Assembly: GCA_965222225.1 (NCBI GenBank) | Contig: CBDCTK010000002.1 | Coordinates: 288,001-352,000 of the forward strand | DNA from: Candidatus Poribacteria bacterium | GTDB taxonomy: Bacteria > Poribacteria > WGA-4E > JAJDTR01 | Direction of reading: 5' to 3' | Length of the DNA: 64,000 bases | Shown: positions 39,345-50,488 of the stretch, piece by piece | How positions within the stretch are numbered: position 1 is the stretch's first letter | Layout of the letters: each line of letters begins with the position of its first letter | Translations under genes and position numbers: made by a program | Notes under the pieces: generated by a model | The model's database searches: none | Told to the model about the DNA's origin: nothing | What the model saw: the letters and a program-made list of their open reading frames with translations, nothing else

Positions 39345-40522
39345 CTAGAAATACTCAAGCGTATAGGTCGTTTTTGGTGGTAAAAGCGCTGTCGCAGCCT
39401 TCACCGCGTCTGCGCTGGAGCACGACACAAAACCGTGTTCCAATAGATTCTCAAGACTGGGTTCGCCTAACCACGCTTGCGAATACTGACGGATATCTAT
39501 TTGTAAATCTCCACTATCGGTTGGTTCGACATGTATACCCTCCGGGGAGAAGGATACCCGCCACGGTCCTCGGTTGGACGGCAGAATTTCGTCATCAATG
39601 ACCATTGTGAAGTTGCCAGACTCCGTTGTTGACAACCCCGTGAGTGAGTCTGGAACGTTAATAACCCGGAACATAGAGGGATTGGGAAGTCTCGCCGTCA
39701 TGCCGCGGGTGAACCACTTCGACGACAAAAATGGTCCATTTGAGGGTTCAGCCCAGGTAATGGTTTGGCGATTGATACCCACTCCTGCCAGAGTCGCAAG
39801 CATGGATTCATATCCTTCGAGTGTAGCCCACACAAACTCGATAACGTCAAGGTCGTCGTTCCGTGTCAATCGAAGGAGCGCGTATGCTTCTACCGGGTCG
39901 CCGGCGGCGAACACGAAGGGTGGAGTGCCGTGGGTCTGCGTGTGCCGCGACAAACCAAAACCTTTGCGGGACGTTCGCATTCCCGAATAGCGAAACGCAA
40001 ACTTCTCGTACGCTAGATCGAGAGGTGCCCAATCGTCGACGCTTAATTGGCGGATTGGCAGTGGACAGTCCATTTTGGGAAACAAGGGGACGGGACACGT
40101 CACGTGAACATCACGCCCGCAACATTCCCAACCGAAACGTCGATAGAAAATCTCGTGGGCGGCATGCAGGTTCGTCATCGTTTCGCCGGTGCTGTGCATG
40201 TGTTCTATACCATACGTCATCATGGCGCTGCCTATATGCCGCTTACGGGCTGAGGGTGTAACCGCGACGCCGCTCACCCCGCCGCATTTGAAGAGTGCCC
40301 CGCGGCACGTCCTCGGGGTATAAAAATCTGGAATGCGCCGGCAACTAGCCCATCTTCATCGGCGACGAACATCTGCTAGTCCTCTTCGGGACTTCAAGTG
40401 TCGAGTCGCACGTCAAGGTTATCAACATTCGGATTGGGTTGCCCGGCATCAAAAGCAGCCGACCAAATCATGCCAACCTGCTTACGGTCATCCTCTCGGT
40501 ATTCTCGGATGAGCGCGGTCAC
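39345..40522 (-). pseudogene. Eis-like GNAT acetyltransferase with disrupted 5' end
   Basis: Intact C-part (VAVTPSARKRHIG, FYRRFGW, SCP2-like tail). The 5' part from GTG 40522 (RBS AAAGGAG) has two in-frame stops and a frameshift near 40315. Confidence 0.75.
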
Positions 40523-40734
40523 AAAAATAGCAATTCTCCTTTCGATTCTCAAGTGCTGGCTGTTTTATGCCATGGATTCTATTTCGTTTACTCTGGATGA
40601 CTTCTGGTGGTTCTCGTCAGATTGAAAGAACGTGCCTCAACGCTTTACATCCATAGCGATGAGCCTAATGTCTCCTGGTGTCTACCGCTGAATAGCTGAT
40701 TAAAGGATTGCGAACAAGAAAGTAACGTGACAAC

Positions 40735-41580
40735 TCAGCGGAGGTGCTTTAACATGGTAAGTGGTGTAGTTGCAAGTAACGCCGCGTCAACTGGCAGCGC
40801 CACTCCCGAAATCCAGCGAGATTCGTCGCTTCCGAGGAACACGGCTGCCCACGCGACATCCCAAGCGGTTCCCTCCGTTGCCAGCGGCACGGTTCTGCGG
40901 CGCAAATCGCGGTATTCGTCCGTTATCTTGCTAACCATTGAGGCGTAAAGGTAACCCGGAACAATGCAGTTAACGCGAATTCCATCCCTGCCGTGATGCA
41001 CCGCCATGTTCCGGGTTAGCGATATGACACCCCCTTTGGAAGCAGCGTAGGCTACTTCCGGTGTCATATTCGGCGATCGCAAAGCGGCGATTGACGAGAC
41101 GTTGATTATGGAACCGCCACCCGCTTTTATCATTGCCGGGATAGCGTATTTGCTCGTAAGCATCATACTCTTAATATTGATTTCCATCATCCGTTCCCAT
41201 CCGTCTTCCTCCACATCAAGAACGGTCCCCGGATTGCCAATTCCGCTGATGCCGACGTTATTGAATAGGATGTTTAAACTTCCGAATCGCGCAATAGCCG
41301 TCTCTACCATTGCCTTACAATCCGCGCTTCGCGTGACATCGGCGACAAACGCCGATGCTTCTCCCTCAGCCTCCTCAATGGCTGCAACGGTTCGCGCCGC
41401 GTTCTCGGCATTGACATCGACGACAAGCACCTTGGCTCCCTGCATGGCAAAAAGGACTGCTGTCGCCAGTCCGGTACCGTCAGCGTAGCCGCCGCGGCTT
41501 CCGGCGCCAGTGACGATGGCGACCTTTCCCTTCAATCTTGTGCCACTTTTTTCCAAAGTTGGAGAGATCTCATTCTTCAA
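40735..41580 (-). CDS. SDR-family oxidoreductase
   Basis: VTGAG, NNVG, YAASK and RVNCIVPG motifs. Confidence 0.92.
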   Translation of the reverse strand: MKNEISPTLEKSGTRLKGKVAIVTGAGSRGGYADGTGLATAVLFAMQGAKVLVVDVNAENAARTVAAIEEAEGEASAFVADVTRSADCKAMVETAIARFGSLNILFNNVGISGIGNPGTVLDVEEDGWERMMEINIKSMMLTSKYAIPAMIKAGGGSIINVSSIAALRSPNMTPEVAYAASKGGVISLTRNMAVHHGRDGIRVNCIVPGYLYASMVSKITDEYRDLRRRTVPLATEGTAWDVAWAAVFLGSDESRWISGVALPVDAALLATTPLTMLKHLR

Positions 41581-41978
41581 ATAAAACCTGTTTGAACAAC
41601 AGAAGACAAGCTATTCTTGGTCACTTGAGAAGTGACTTTCACGTGTTCTTGTCGTCAGTGGCTATACACTTGGACAGTCTCAATTTTGACTTAATGATTG
41701 AAGATAAGGTTCTATCGCACTGGAATTTCTATCGCGCTCCTTATTCGGTCGCTTGATCGGTTTGCCACGTATTTTCTTAAGCGGGCTTAAGCGAGTCGGG
41801 CTAGAATGGAATTTCTATCGCACTCCCTAATCGGTCGCTTGATTTCGACCTACCGGAATGGGGCGCAACTTGGGTTACCTAAATGTACTTGTAAACGGGA
41901 CTCAAGATTGGCTATTGGTAACTGTAAATGGAAATGGCGATGCAAGATTAACAGCGAGATCTGCTCTTAAGCCATTCT

Positions 41979-42932
41979 CTAGAATCCGAGTTCTTTCCGT
42001 ACAACATTCGCTAACGGTTCGCCTGCCAAATACTTTTTCAGATTACCGCAGAAAAATTCGACCAAACGTGGAAACCGGCGCTGTGACACCCCGGCGACAT
42101 GCGGCGTAATTATCACGTTGTCCATATCCCACAACGGACTGTCTTTGTCGAGCGGCTCGACTTCCGTCACATCCAAACCTGCCCCGGCGATTGTTCCATT
42201 CTTCAGTGCCTCAACAAGCGCATCTTGGTCAACGATGGGTCCGCGAGCGACATTAATCAGATAAGCGGTAGGCTTCATCAATGCTAAATTACTCGCGTTA
42301 ATCAGACCGCGCGTCTCATCCGTGAGTGGACATGCAATCAGTACGGCATCTGACCGGCGCATCAAATCGGGAAGTTGGTCGATTGGCATCAATTCATCGA
42401 CATTTTCCGGTTTGTCAGTACGAAAAGCATCTACAGCGATGACATGCGTGTCAAACCCTTTTGCCCGATTTGCCATAAAGCCGCCAATCCCACCCATGCC
42501 GACGATGCCAATAGTAAGATTGGCAATCTCTATAATCGGAGTGGGTATGTGACTATCCCAGTTATGGTCATCCTGACGGCGAGCAAAATGATGAATGCCT
42601 CGGACCAACCCTAACAGAAGCGCGAATCCCTGATCGGCAACATTGGGCCCGTACAAGCCTGCCGCGTTTGTAACCACAATATTGCTATCTCGAATCGCCG
42701 GCGTCAAAAATGCGTCCATTCCCGCCGAGCTGGATTGAACCCATCTCAGATTCGGCGCTCGTTGCATCATTTCCTCACTGCATCCACCGAAGATGACCTC
42801 CACCTCTTCATCGACTGCCCCCAGCAGGTCCTCACTGGAAGCCGGAAATGCCACGCTGTTGTCGCCCGCCGCATTCAGTATCATTTGGCGGAGATCCTCA
42901 CCATAATTACTATCTGATACAATAATCTTCAT
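41979..42932 (-). CDS. D-2-hydroxyacid dehydrogenase
   Basis: GIVGMGGIG, INVARG, AGLDV and TPH. Likely start is MKII at 42932. Confidence 0.92.
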   Translation of the reverse strand: MKIIVSDSNYGEDLRQMILNAAGDNSVAFPASSEDLLGAVDEEVEVIFGGCSEEMMQRAPNLRWVQSSSAGMDAFLTPAIRDSNIVVTNAAGLYGPNVADQGFALLLGLVRGIHHFARRQDDHNWDSHIPTPIIEIANLTIGIVGMGGIGGFMANRAKGFDTHVIAVDAFRTDKPENVDELMPIDQLPDLMRRSDAVLIACPLTDETRGLINASNLALMKPTAYLINVARGPIVDQDALVEALKNGTIAGAGLDVTEVEPLDKDSPLWDMDNVIITPHVAGVSQRRFPRLVEFFCGNLKKYLAGEPLANVVRKELGF

Positions 42933-43054
42933 GTAATCGCTCCAAGGTTGCAATGACTTTGTTTGATTCTGCGGTACTTCCCCTGAACGCTGCCTCCAAA
43001 CCGTTGGGAAGAACAAAGTTGACGAGGCGCGTTAGTTCAATTTTGTAGCCCCTG

Positions 43055-43621
43055 TTATTCTGCAGAGGTGGGTGCCAATGGTGATTCCCATAACGGCTCC
43101 GGTTGCCCCAGGCGATGATTAACAAGCCGTGCGAGAACGAAAAGAAAATCCGAGAGGCGGTTCAGGTAGGGTAGAATCACTGGGTTAATTGATTCCGAAT
43201 CCGCGAGGCTGACAACACAACGCTCACTCCGTCGACATACGGTTCGCGCGAGGTGCAGCGTAGACCCAGCCATGCTACCCCCGGGAAGAATAAAATTCAT
43301 CAACGGGGCAAGTTGGTTTTCAAGCCTGTCAATGTCCTTCTCTAGTGTTCCTACGAAATCTGCAGAAACCCGCAGTGTGTTCGACTTCGCATGAGAATCC
43401 AAGGTCGCGAGGTCTGCACCGATATTGAAAAGTTCGTTCTGAACTCGGAAAAGGAGATTGTCTTTATCGGCATCTTGGATGTGTGACCGGGCACTCCCAA
43501 TGCACGCATTGAGTTCATCAATAGCGCCAATCACTTCAATGCGTAACGAGTCCTTGGGGATGCGAGCGCCTCCATATAGCCCGGTTTCGCCGGTGTCGCC
43601 TGTTTTGGTATAAATCTTCAT
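43055..43621 (-). CDS. PduO-type ATP:cob(I)alamin adenosyltransferase
   Basis: IYTKTGD.GET, DELNA, FILPGG, RTVCRRSER and YLNRLSD. Confidence 0.95.
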   Translation of the reverse strand: MKIYTKTGDTGETGLYGGARIPKDSLRIEVIGAIDELNACIGSARSHIQDADKDNLLFRVQNELFNIGADLATLDSHAKSNTLRVSADFVGTLEKDIDRLENQLAPLMNFILPGGSMAGSTLHLARTVCRRSERCVVSLADSESINPVILPYLNRLSDFLFVLARLVNHRLGQPEPLWESPLAPTSAE

Positions 43622-43655
43622 AGACGCTGATTATCAACGTTTCGCATTTGTAAAA

Positions 43656-44411
43656 TTACTTCTTGGCAGCTTCGGCATGATCCATAAACTCAGCCGCGCC
43701 AGCCGAAAGCCAGCCGCCGATTGTAGTAAAAAGGAATCGAACGCCCGCCGCTGCGTATTTTGCGACGTTGTCATTGTTCACCAAGGCACCGGCGGTTCGT
43801 CCAGCGGCTTGAATTCGCTGATGCGCATCATCAATGGTGCGTTGCACCTCAGGGTGACCTACACCTCCAAGGTACCCCATTGATGTTGCCAGATCTGAGG
43901 GTGCGACGAAGAACACATCAATATGGTCAACGGCCAAGATGTCATCCAGATTTCTTATGGCAGCGATGTCTTCGATCAACACGATTAACACCGTTTCGTC
44001 GTTGGCGAGTTTATAAAACTCAGGCACCGCGAAGCTCTGCCGGCTGCCAAACATCCCCCGGTATCCGACGGGGGCGAACATACCGCCATCCACCAGATTC
44101 TGAGCTTCCTCCTTCGTATTCACGTGTGGAACAACGATGCCTTGGGCACCCCGATCCAGTGTCCGGTAGATGATGCCTTGATTGTTTTGGTTGATGCGAA
44201 CCACTGAAGTCATTCCCCAAATGTCGCACGCTCGGGTAAGATTGCCGAGGTCAGACGGATCCACTCCACCGTGTTCCCCCTCAAGCCAGAAACCGTCAAA
44301 ACCTAGCGGACCGAATGCATCAATGTCGTCGGGATGTGTGAGACCGCCAGCCACATACGCTGTGTCGCCGGAAGCCAGTTTACGTTTGACTCGATTTGGT
44401 CTTATTTCCAT
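43656..44411 (-). CDS. HpcH/HpaI aldolase family protein
   Basis: WLEGEHG, LDRGAQGIVVPH, VLIED and FVAPSDL. Confidence 0.88.
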   Translation of the reverse strand: MEIRPNRVKRKLASGDTAYVAGGLTHPDDIDAFGPLGFDGFWLEGEHGGVDPSDLGNLTRACDIWGMTSVVRINQNNQGIIYRTLDRGAQGIVVPHVNTKEEAQNLVDGGMFAPVGYRGMFGSRQSFAVPEFYKLANDETVLIVLIEDIAAIRNLDDILAVDHIDVFFVAPSDLATSMGYLGGVGHPEVQRTIDDAHQRIQAAGRTAGALVNNDNVAKYAAAGVRFLFTTIGGWLSAGAAEFMDHAEAAKK

Positions 44412-44557
44412 TATCTATCCTCCAAAAATTGGGCAAGTGCCCGATGATTACAATCACAGTGTTTAGCCGCTACTCAGATTCCGGAGAGGCGTTGACAGGA
44501 CAGCCTTGGGCAGATTCCCAATCTGTCGTTGTTTTAGAATTTCTACATGAGGAGATC

Positions 44558-45421
44558 CTAGTCTAGGATACAACCCTTGAGGAATTGCCCGCAACGATGA
44601 AACCCCTCCTGGCGCCGGTCTCCGTCAAAAACCGGGTCTTCATGCTCAATTATGACAGCGTCCTCATATCCGCGCTCGTGCGCCATGGCGAACAAGCGGT
44701 GCCAATCAAATTTGGCGAATCCGGGCAATCGGTAGCGCCACCAGTCTTTGCCAAAAACACCGCCCCGCTTGACACGATTTTCGAAAATCTCCGTATCTTT
44801 GGCGTGTAACACATAAACGCGATCGGAAAACTCATCAAATGCGGCGAAGGGATCAATCCATTGCCAGAGGAGGTGGGAGGGGTCAAATTCTAGACCGATT
44901 TGCTTTGATGGCACTGCGTCAAACATCAATCCCCACGCTTCCGGCGTTATTGAAAGGCTTGCTCCCTCGGCGAAGGGGCCAGCACCGGGCCAATTCTCGA
45001 AGGCAATCTTCACTCCTTTGTCTTCGGCGACCTTGGCAACACGGGAATAAACCTTCTTATAACGCTCGACATTCTCTTCAAGGCTAACGCTTGGGTCGTA
45101 GCCCATCGGTCCGGGACCCGTCACAACAGCGACGTCCATCTCGTTGCAGGCATCCATGAGTTGCTCTAGGAGATTCAGTTGTTTGGACAATTCCCGTCCC
45201 AAGGTCTCACGCCGAGGAAAGTTTACATATAGGAAAGAGGCAATTGTCAATTCGTTCTCGTCAAGTAACGCTTTCGCTTTGCTTCGAGACGATTTGGCTT
45301 TAGCCGATTTGCCAATCCACTCGTCGGGCGGACCAAAAATTTCCAAACATTCAAACGACTCATCGTCGCCAGCAAATTCGACCATTTCTTCAGAATATCG
45401 CGTCAGAAACCCTAATTTCAT
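44558..45421 (-). CDS. Sugar phosphate isomerase/epimerase (AP_endonuc_2 TIM barrel)
   Basis: AFENWP, EFDPSH, HAKD and IEHED motifs. Confidence 0.88.
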   Translation of the reverse strand: MKLGFLTRYSEEMVEFAGDDESFECLEIFGPPDEWIGKSAKAKSSRSKAKALLDENELTIASFLYVNFPRRETLGRELSKQLNLLEQLMDACNEMDVAVVTGPGPMGYDPSVSLEENVERYKKVYSRVAKVAEDKGVKIAFENWPGAGPFAEGASLSITPEAWGLMFDAVPSKQIGLEFDPSHLLWQWIDPFAAFDEFSDRVYVLHAKDTEIFENRVKRGGVFGKDWWRYRLPGFAKFDWHRLFAMAHERGYEDAVIIEHEDPVFDGDRRQEGFHRCGQFLKGCILD

Positions 45422-45555
45422 AAAACCTCCTAAGAACCAATAACGTTTTCGTCAATCCAATCGCGCGTTTCAAATGAAGCGCGTTAACTCCATCACACTG
45501 TCAACTTTACCATTGCTGCCAAAGTCTCGACAATTAAGGAGCTTATTGAGCGTCA

Positions 45556-46359
45556 TTACTTCATCAGGTCTGTAAACCCAACAACGACATACGTGCCGCT
45601 GCGTGGGTTCTTACGAATCTCAATGAATCCGCGACGATTTGCATCTTCCAATAGCTCGCTAAAGGATTTATAGCCATAAAGCGACTCACTAAAGGAAGGG
45701 TTCTTCCGTTTCATCGTGTCCTTCACCATTGATGACCACAGCACTTCATGGTTCTCACGAATAATAGCACGAATTGAGTCAAATAGGAGATCGAAAGCAT
45801 CTCGAAGTTCCGCGGGGATATTCTGTCCCGCTCGTGACTCAACTCCGTCATCTTTTTCGAGATCTTCATAGTAAATGAATTCGTCACAATTTTGACTGAG
45901 AAGATCCGAGGTTGAGAATCGCATTCCCAAGCCGATGACATACTTGCCATTTTCCTTGAGTTTGGACACAAGTGGTATGAAATCACTATCGCCGGATATA
46001 ACCACAAATGTGTCTATATGTTCCTTGGAGTAGCAGAGATCCATCGCATCAACGCAAAGACGAATGTCGGCAGAATTCTTCCCCGCTAGAGAACGTTTCG
46101 GGATTTCTATTAGCGCCATGCCTGCTTCATGTAGTTTTGCTCGATCTCGTGAAAAACGATGCCAATCTGCATACGCAGTTTTGGCTACAACCTTCCCCTT
46201 CTCGACTAGGCGTCCTAAGACTTTCCGAATGTCAAATTCGAAGCCGTCGTTTACCGTCTTGATGTTTTTCTGTTTTTTTGTATCCTGAAACCCCAATGCC
46301 AGGTTCTCAAAGTCCAAGAAAACGGCAAGAGTGCGTTGTTCCTGAGGTCCTTCGGGCAT
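45556..46359 (-). CDS. NYN-domain (LabA/DUF88) protein with C-terminal OST-HTH
   Basis: FLDFEN, GKNSADIRL, ISGDSDF and CDEFIYY; C-terminal FSESLYGYKSFSELL. Confidence 0.9.
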   Translation of the reverse strand: MPEGPQEQRTLAVFLDFENLALGFQDTKKQKNIKTVNDGFEFDIRKVLGRLVEKGKVVAKTAYADWHRFSRDRAKLHEAGMALIEIPKRSLAGKNSADIRLCVDAMDLCYSKEHIDTFVVISGDSDFIPLVSKLKENGKYVIGLGMRFSTSDLLSQNCDEFIYYEDLEKDDGVESRAGQNIPAELRDAFDLLFDSIRAIIRENHEVLWSSMVKDTMKRKNPSFSESLYGYKSFSELLEDANRRGFIEIRKNPRSGTYVVVGFTDLMK

Positions 46360-46928
46360 GCGATTTGCCCTCCATTACGCGATAAAATCTGGGGCTGGAT
46401 CACGTTACGTGTTGACGCAAGGGCGGGTAAGCGTCACACTCACCGTAGCGATATAAGTTTCCAGCAAGTCACTCCACTAATCTAGTTCAATAAACTTCAA
46501 GCTTGCCCGATCAAAGTCGACAAGCCCCGTCTCTGCCGATTCATGGAATCAACAAAGCGTTGACAGCATGTTTTGCTCAAGCGCCGGGTGGCGGATTCAG
46601 TTGGACAGCGCCCGGTTTTCTCTCAAATGTTCTAAATAACGATGGCTAGTTCATCAATCTGCATGTCCTCAATACAGTTTATCAAAACAGCAGAAACCAC
46701 GCAAGAGTTTTTTAGTCTGTGTGTGATTCAAGTACGATTGCCCCTTTCGATATTTGTCTCTACTACTGTTAGAGCACCAACGTCAAAAGCAACTTGCGAT
46801 TCTGATTGCGCAGGTATTATGTTTTCAGCTATAATGCACGTCTTAGATGCTGGATGGTGCAGTAGTGGCCTATTCATCCCAATCAAACGGCGACTACTCT
46901 CAATTCTCAATCGGTTATCAGTGATATT

Positions 46929-47288
46929 GTGAGTGTGAGTATGAATTTTTCTTTCATGGGCGGCAACACACCGAAATCGCTTCGTTTCTTACGCTTCCTT
47001 TATCATTTGCCCAACTTTGTCAAGCTGGCTTGGCGTCTGTTTTGGGACCGGCGTATCCCCTTCTATCGGAAAGCGGTTCTCGTCCTGTTCGAGATTCTCG
47101 CTGTGCTGTTTGCCATCCTTTACTTTATAAATCCGCTTGATTTTGACTTCCTTCCAGTAATAGGCAAGGTGGATGATATCATCATCGGTTTGCTCGCAAT
47201 TTCAATCCCGGGCGCGTGGCTGTTCATTAAACTCTCGCCAGAACACGTCGTGCGGGAACATGTGGAACGCATTTCCAGTGGTCAGTAG
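46929..47288 (+). CDS. DUF1232 (YkvA) membrane protein
   Basis: YFINPLDFDFLPVIGKVDD motif. Confidence 0.8.
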   Translation: MSVSMNFSFMGGNTPKSLRFLRFLYHLPNFVKLAWRLFWDRRIPFYRKAVLVLFEILAVLFAILYFINPLDFDFLPVIGKVDDIIIGLLAISIPGAWLFIKLSPEHVVREHVERISSGQ

Positions 47289-47624
47289 ATTGGGCTCCTA
47301 AACCAAGTTTCTTCCGCAGGCAGATTCCCGAATCTTCAAACGCAATTCTCCTTCGCTAGGCAAAATCATTCGTCTTGGCAGAACAGTCGCAGAACATCTT
47401 TGAATAATGCCAAAATGGCACTTGATGTCAACTTCGCCTAAAATCTCCAACATTCCATCCTCCTAAATCAGTTTCCAAGTTGGTAAATGAGATTTAAGTG
47501 TCCCTCGTTTCTCAATTAATACTAAGGGCAAACAGGGATAAACAGTGCGTTCGCGGTGCGTGAGAGCCTTATTGCAGATAAAAAAGCAGGAAATTGTGAT
47601 GGGCTCTCAATGATGAAATCGGTT

Positions 47625-47640
47625 TTGGCATGTGAATTGC
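47625..47640 (+). promoter_or_regulatory. Sigma54 (-24/-12) promoter of hsp20
   Basis: TTGGCAT-GTGAA-TTGC fits TGGCAC-N5-TTGC, about 70 bp upstream of the ATG. Confidence 0.7.
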
Positions 47641-47711
47641 GCGTATACCAGCTCGATCCAAAAATTAGCGACGAATTTCCAAACCCTACAGTATTCAAGG
47701 AGGAACATAAA

Positions 47712-48161
47712 ATGACAAGCCTAACCACATGGAAACCACTACACGACCTATTTTCGACTCGCAGAGAAATCGACAGATTTTTCGACAACGTCTTCGGCAA
47801 CCAAGGCATTTCGCGTTCAACCACGGATAGCGCATGGGCTCCACCGGTTGATGTCGTAGATGCCGAAGACCACGTGGAGTTCCACGCGGAGGTTCCCGGA
47901 TTGTCCGAGGACCATGTTCAAGTGTCCGTCACCGAAAATGTCCTGACGATTAAGGGGGAGAAAAAGAGTGGATCGGAGGACAAAAACGCGGGCTATCACA
48001 TTGTTGAGCGAAGTTACGGTCAGTTCCAGCGTTCGTTTAGCCTTCCCAAGAATCTCCGTACTGATGATATAGATGCCTCGTTCAAGAGAGGTGTTCTAAC
48101 GATCTCGGTGCCGAAAACCAAGAAAGAGGAAGCGAAAGAAATTCCGATTCGGACCGAATAA
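47712..48161 (+). CDS. Hsp20/alpha-crystallin small heat shock protein
   Basis: WAPPVDV, AEVPG, LTIKGEK, ERSYGQFQRSFSLP and GVLTISVPK. RBS AAGGAGG. Confidence 0.95.
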   Translation: MTSLTTWKPLHDLFSTRREIDRFFDNVFGNQGISRSTTDSAWAPPVDVVDAEDHVEFHAEVPGLSEDHVQVSVTENVLTIKGEKKSGSEDKNAGYHIVERSYGQFQRSFSLPKNLRTDDIDASFKRGVLTISVPKTKKEEAKEIPIRTE

Positions 48162-48183
48162 TACACGCGGCTTTCGATCCATC

Positions 48184-48221
48184 AAAAAAGCGCTCTGTCT
48201 GTACAGACAGAGCGCTTTTTT
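48184..48221 (+). terminator. Intrinsic terminator after hsp20
   Basis: AAAAAAGCGCTCTGTCTGTACAGACAGAGCGCTTTTTT, a perfect palindrome. Confidence 0.85.
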
Positions 48222-48356
48222 ATGCGATCAATCTGAAAGAAAGACAGCAATCTGTGTTTAGTCGATGATTGCCGCGACAATACAACAGTTATAAACTTTC
48301 ATGAAACTTTCGTTTCCATGAGAGTGTGTCATTGGGAAAAAATTGGAGGTTATTAC

Positions 48357-49897
48357 ATGTCTCGATTCAAATCAGTCCGCTGGCTGCTCCTATTCTCGGC
48401 GATCGCGATAGTTGTTGTCAGCGTCACAATCAACCAATCTAACAATAGCACTAGCTTTTCAACTCAAGTTGCATCAGCTCAAACGCTTGAGAGCGATTTT
48501 GAGTATCTAGAGCGAGCCAACCGCGCCTTCATCGAATTAGTCAATCGCGCGAAACCAGCCGTTGTCCAAATCAGAACCAAGACGATTATCCCGTCGAGTA
48601 ACTCAAACAATTTTCCAGATTGGTTCGAGTATTTCTTTGATGTGCCCAGAAACCGGAGATCGCCTGAACGCGATGCCCCGGAGCGGCAGCGAGAGCAAGG
48701 GGGCCTCGGATCGGGTATTATCGTGAGCCAGAGTGGGTACATCCTCACCAACAATCATGTGATTGAAGGCGCAGATGACATCACGGTCATTCTTCCGGGA
48801 GGGCGTGAGTTTGAAGGTGAGTTGATCGGAACAGACGCTGGTCAAGAAGGGACGGATCTCGCCGTATTGAAAATCGACGGGCAGGATTTACCCGTGCTTG
48901 ATTTTGGAGACTCTGATGCGCTCGAAGTTGGCGAATGGGTGATCGCCATCGGCAGCCCGTTTGGTCTGTCTCAAACCGTAACACGGGGAATTGTGAGCGC
49001 GAAAGGCCGATCCGATCAGCTTGGGAACCGCGTACTGTACGAAGATTTTATTCAGACGGATACTCCAATCAATCGAGGAAATAGTGGTGGTGCTCTCATA
49101 AATATTCGCGGCGAACTCGTTGGCGTCAATACGGCAATTTTACGGGAAACAGTTTTCAGCCGGGCAATATAGGCGTGGGATTTGCCATCCCCAGTAACCT
49201 CGCACAACGAATAATGAGGCAACTAATCGATACCGGCAAAGTTGAACGCGGATGGCTGGGCGTGCGCCTTCAAAAACTCACTTATGAACTCGCCGAGGAC
49301 TTTGGACTGGATGAACCACGAGGGGCTTTGGTTTCAACAGTTTACGAAGGGACACCGGCAGACGAAGCCGGAATCAAACGGGGCGACGTGATTCTTGAAT
49401 TAAATCAAACACCTATCCGCGATGGAGCTCATCTCTCTCTCATTGTCGCAGCCGCTGAAGTTGGTAAGGAAGTCGAAGTCAAAATCAGCCGCCGAGGCAA
49501 AGAAAAGTTGCTGAATATTACTCTTGGAAAACGTCCGTCACAAGAGGCCCTTGAGTCTGGCAAGATATTGATGCCCGATGGTATAGATGAGAAGGCATTT
49601 GCCGGTATGCACGTGCAGGATTTAACGGATGAACTTGCCGAGAAGTATGGTCACGAAGGCGAAACGGGGGTCGTGATAGTTCGCATCAAACAGGGAAGCC
49701 AAGCGGTAAGACAAAGACAGATACGGGTTGGCGGCCTCATTCAGGAAATTGACTTCAACGAAATTCGAAACGTGAAAGATTTTACAGAATACGTTGAGTC
49801 GGTCGAGGTGGGAACCAAGGTCACACTATATGTCCGGTACCCCAATGGAGGTGGAAGCTACGTGACGCTGCAACACGGAGAAGCACCTAGAGAATAA
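48357..49897 (+). pseudogene. DegP/DegQ (HtrA) serine protease with two PDZ domains, split by a 1-nt frameshift
   Basis: Catalytic TNNH, TDLA and GNSGG motifs. Adding one base near 49140 restores AI-x-TGNSFQPGNIGVGFAIP into the PDZ half. Confidence 0.8.
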
Positions 49898-50488
49898 GTA
49901 ACTGCAAAACCAAGAACAGAGATTCTCCTTCAATAGTTGTCGGTGAGATGAACCTCACGTCTCGCCGACGGCTTGCGGGGGAGAAGCGTAGTTAACTACC
50001 TTTATCCCAATTCTAACAATCGCACGACGCGACCCACATAAATGTCCCGCCATAGTAGTGTTCAGATTTCTCATCCGCTCCGCAACCTTCTTGGGTTCTG
50101 CTCAAGATTGTTGCGTAACAAAACTGACCATCTAATTCTGTCCCACTTTCTTGTTCCCGCCAGCGGTTAAACCCTTACTAATCACCCTCCAAATTCGGCT
50201 TTCTCTATGTCTCCCGAGAATCACCCGCAATTAGTAACAGGTATAGCTGCGCGAAGCGGAAAGTCAACCGGACTTTTGGCTTTGTCTTTGGCTACGGGGC
50301 GTGATATACTAAAAATTGCGTTGGTGACTCAAACAAAGCGTGCCTAAGCCACATCTGTCGAGAATAGCCACAATGTTTCCCTGTGCAGATTCGATTGGAT
50401 GCCCGAACTGCGTCGTTGCTGAATGGATCAAAATCCAACGCACTTGAATAAAGAATTGGAGAAAGATACTACCGGTGGAGAGTAGATT

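Noticed and set aside
46478-46665. Minus-strand relic ORF (MQIDELA...FDRASLKFIELD*) behind an RBS
   Set aside because: Several stops and a frameshift, no recognisable family; cannot be supported without a search.
47556-47711. Longer Hsp20 start given in the ORF track
   Set aside because: It overlaps the sigma54 promoter, and a strong RBS precedes ATG 47712.
49900-50488. Possible ncRNA or leader upstream of fusA
   Set aside because: Only a hairpin after degP (about 49937-49972) is evident; no recognisable tRNA, tmRNA, SRP, RNase P or riboswitch signature.
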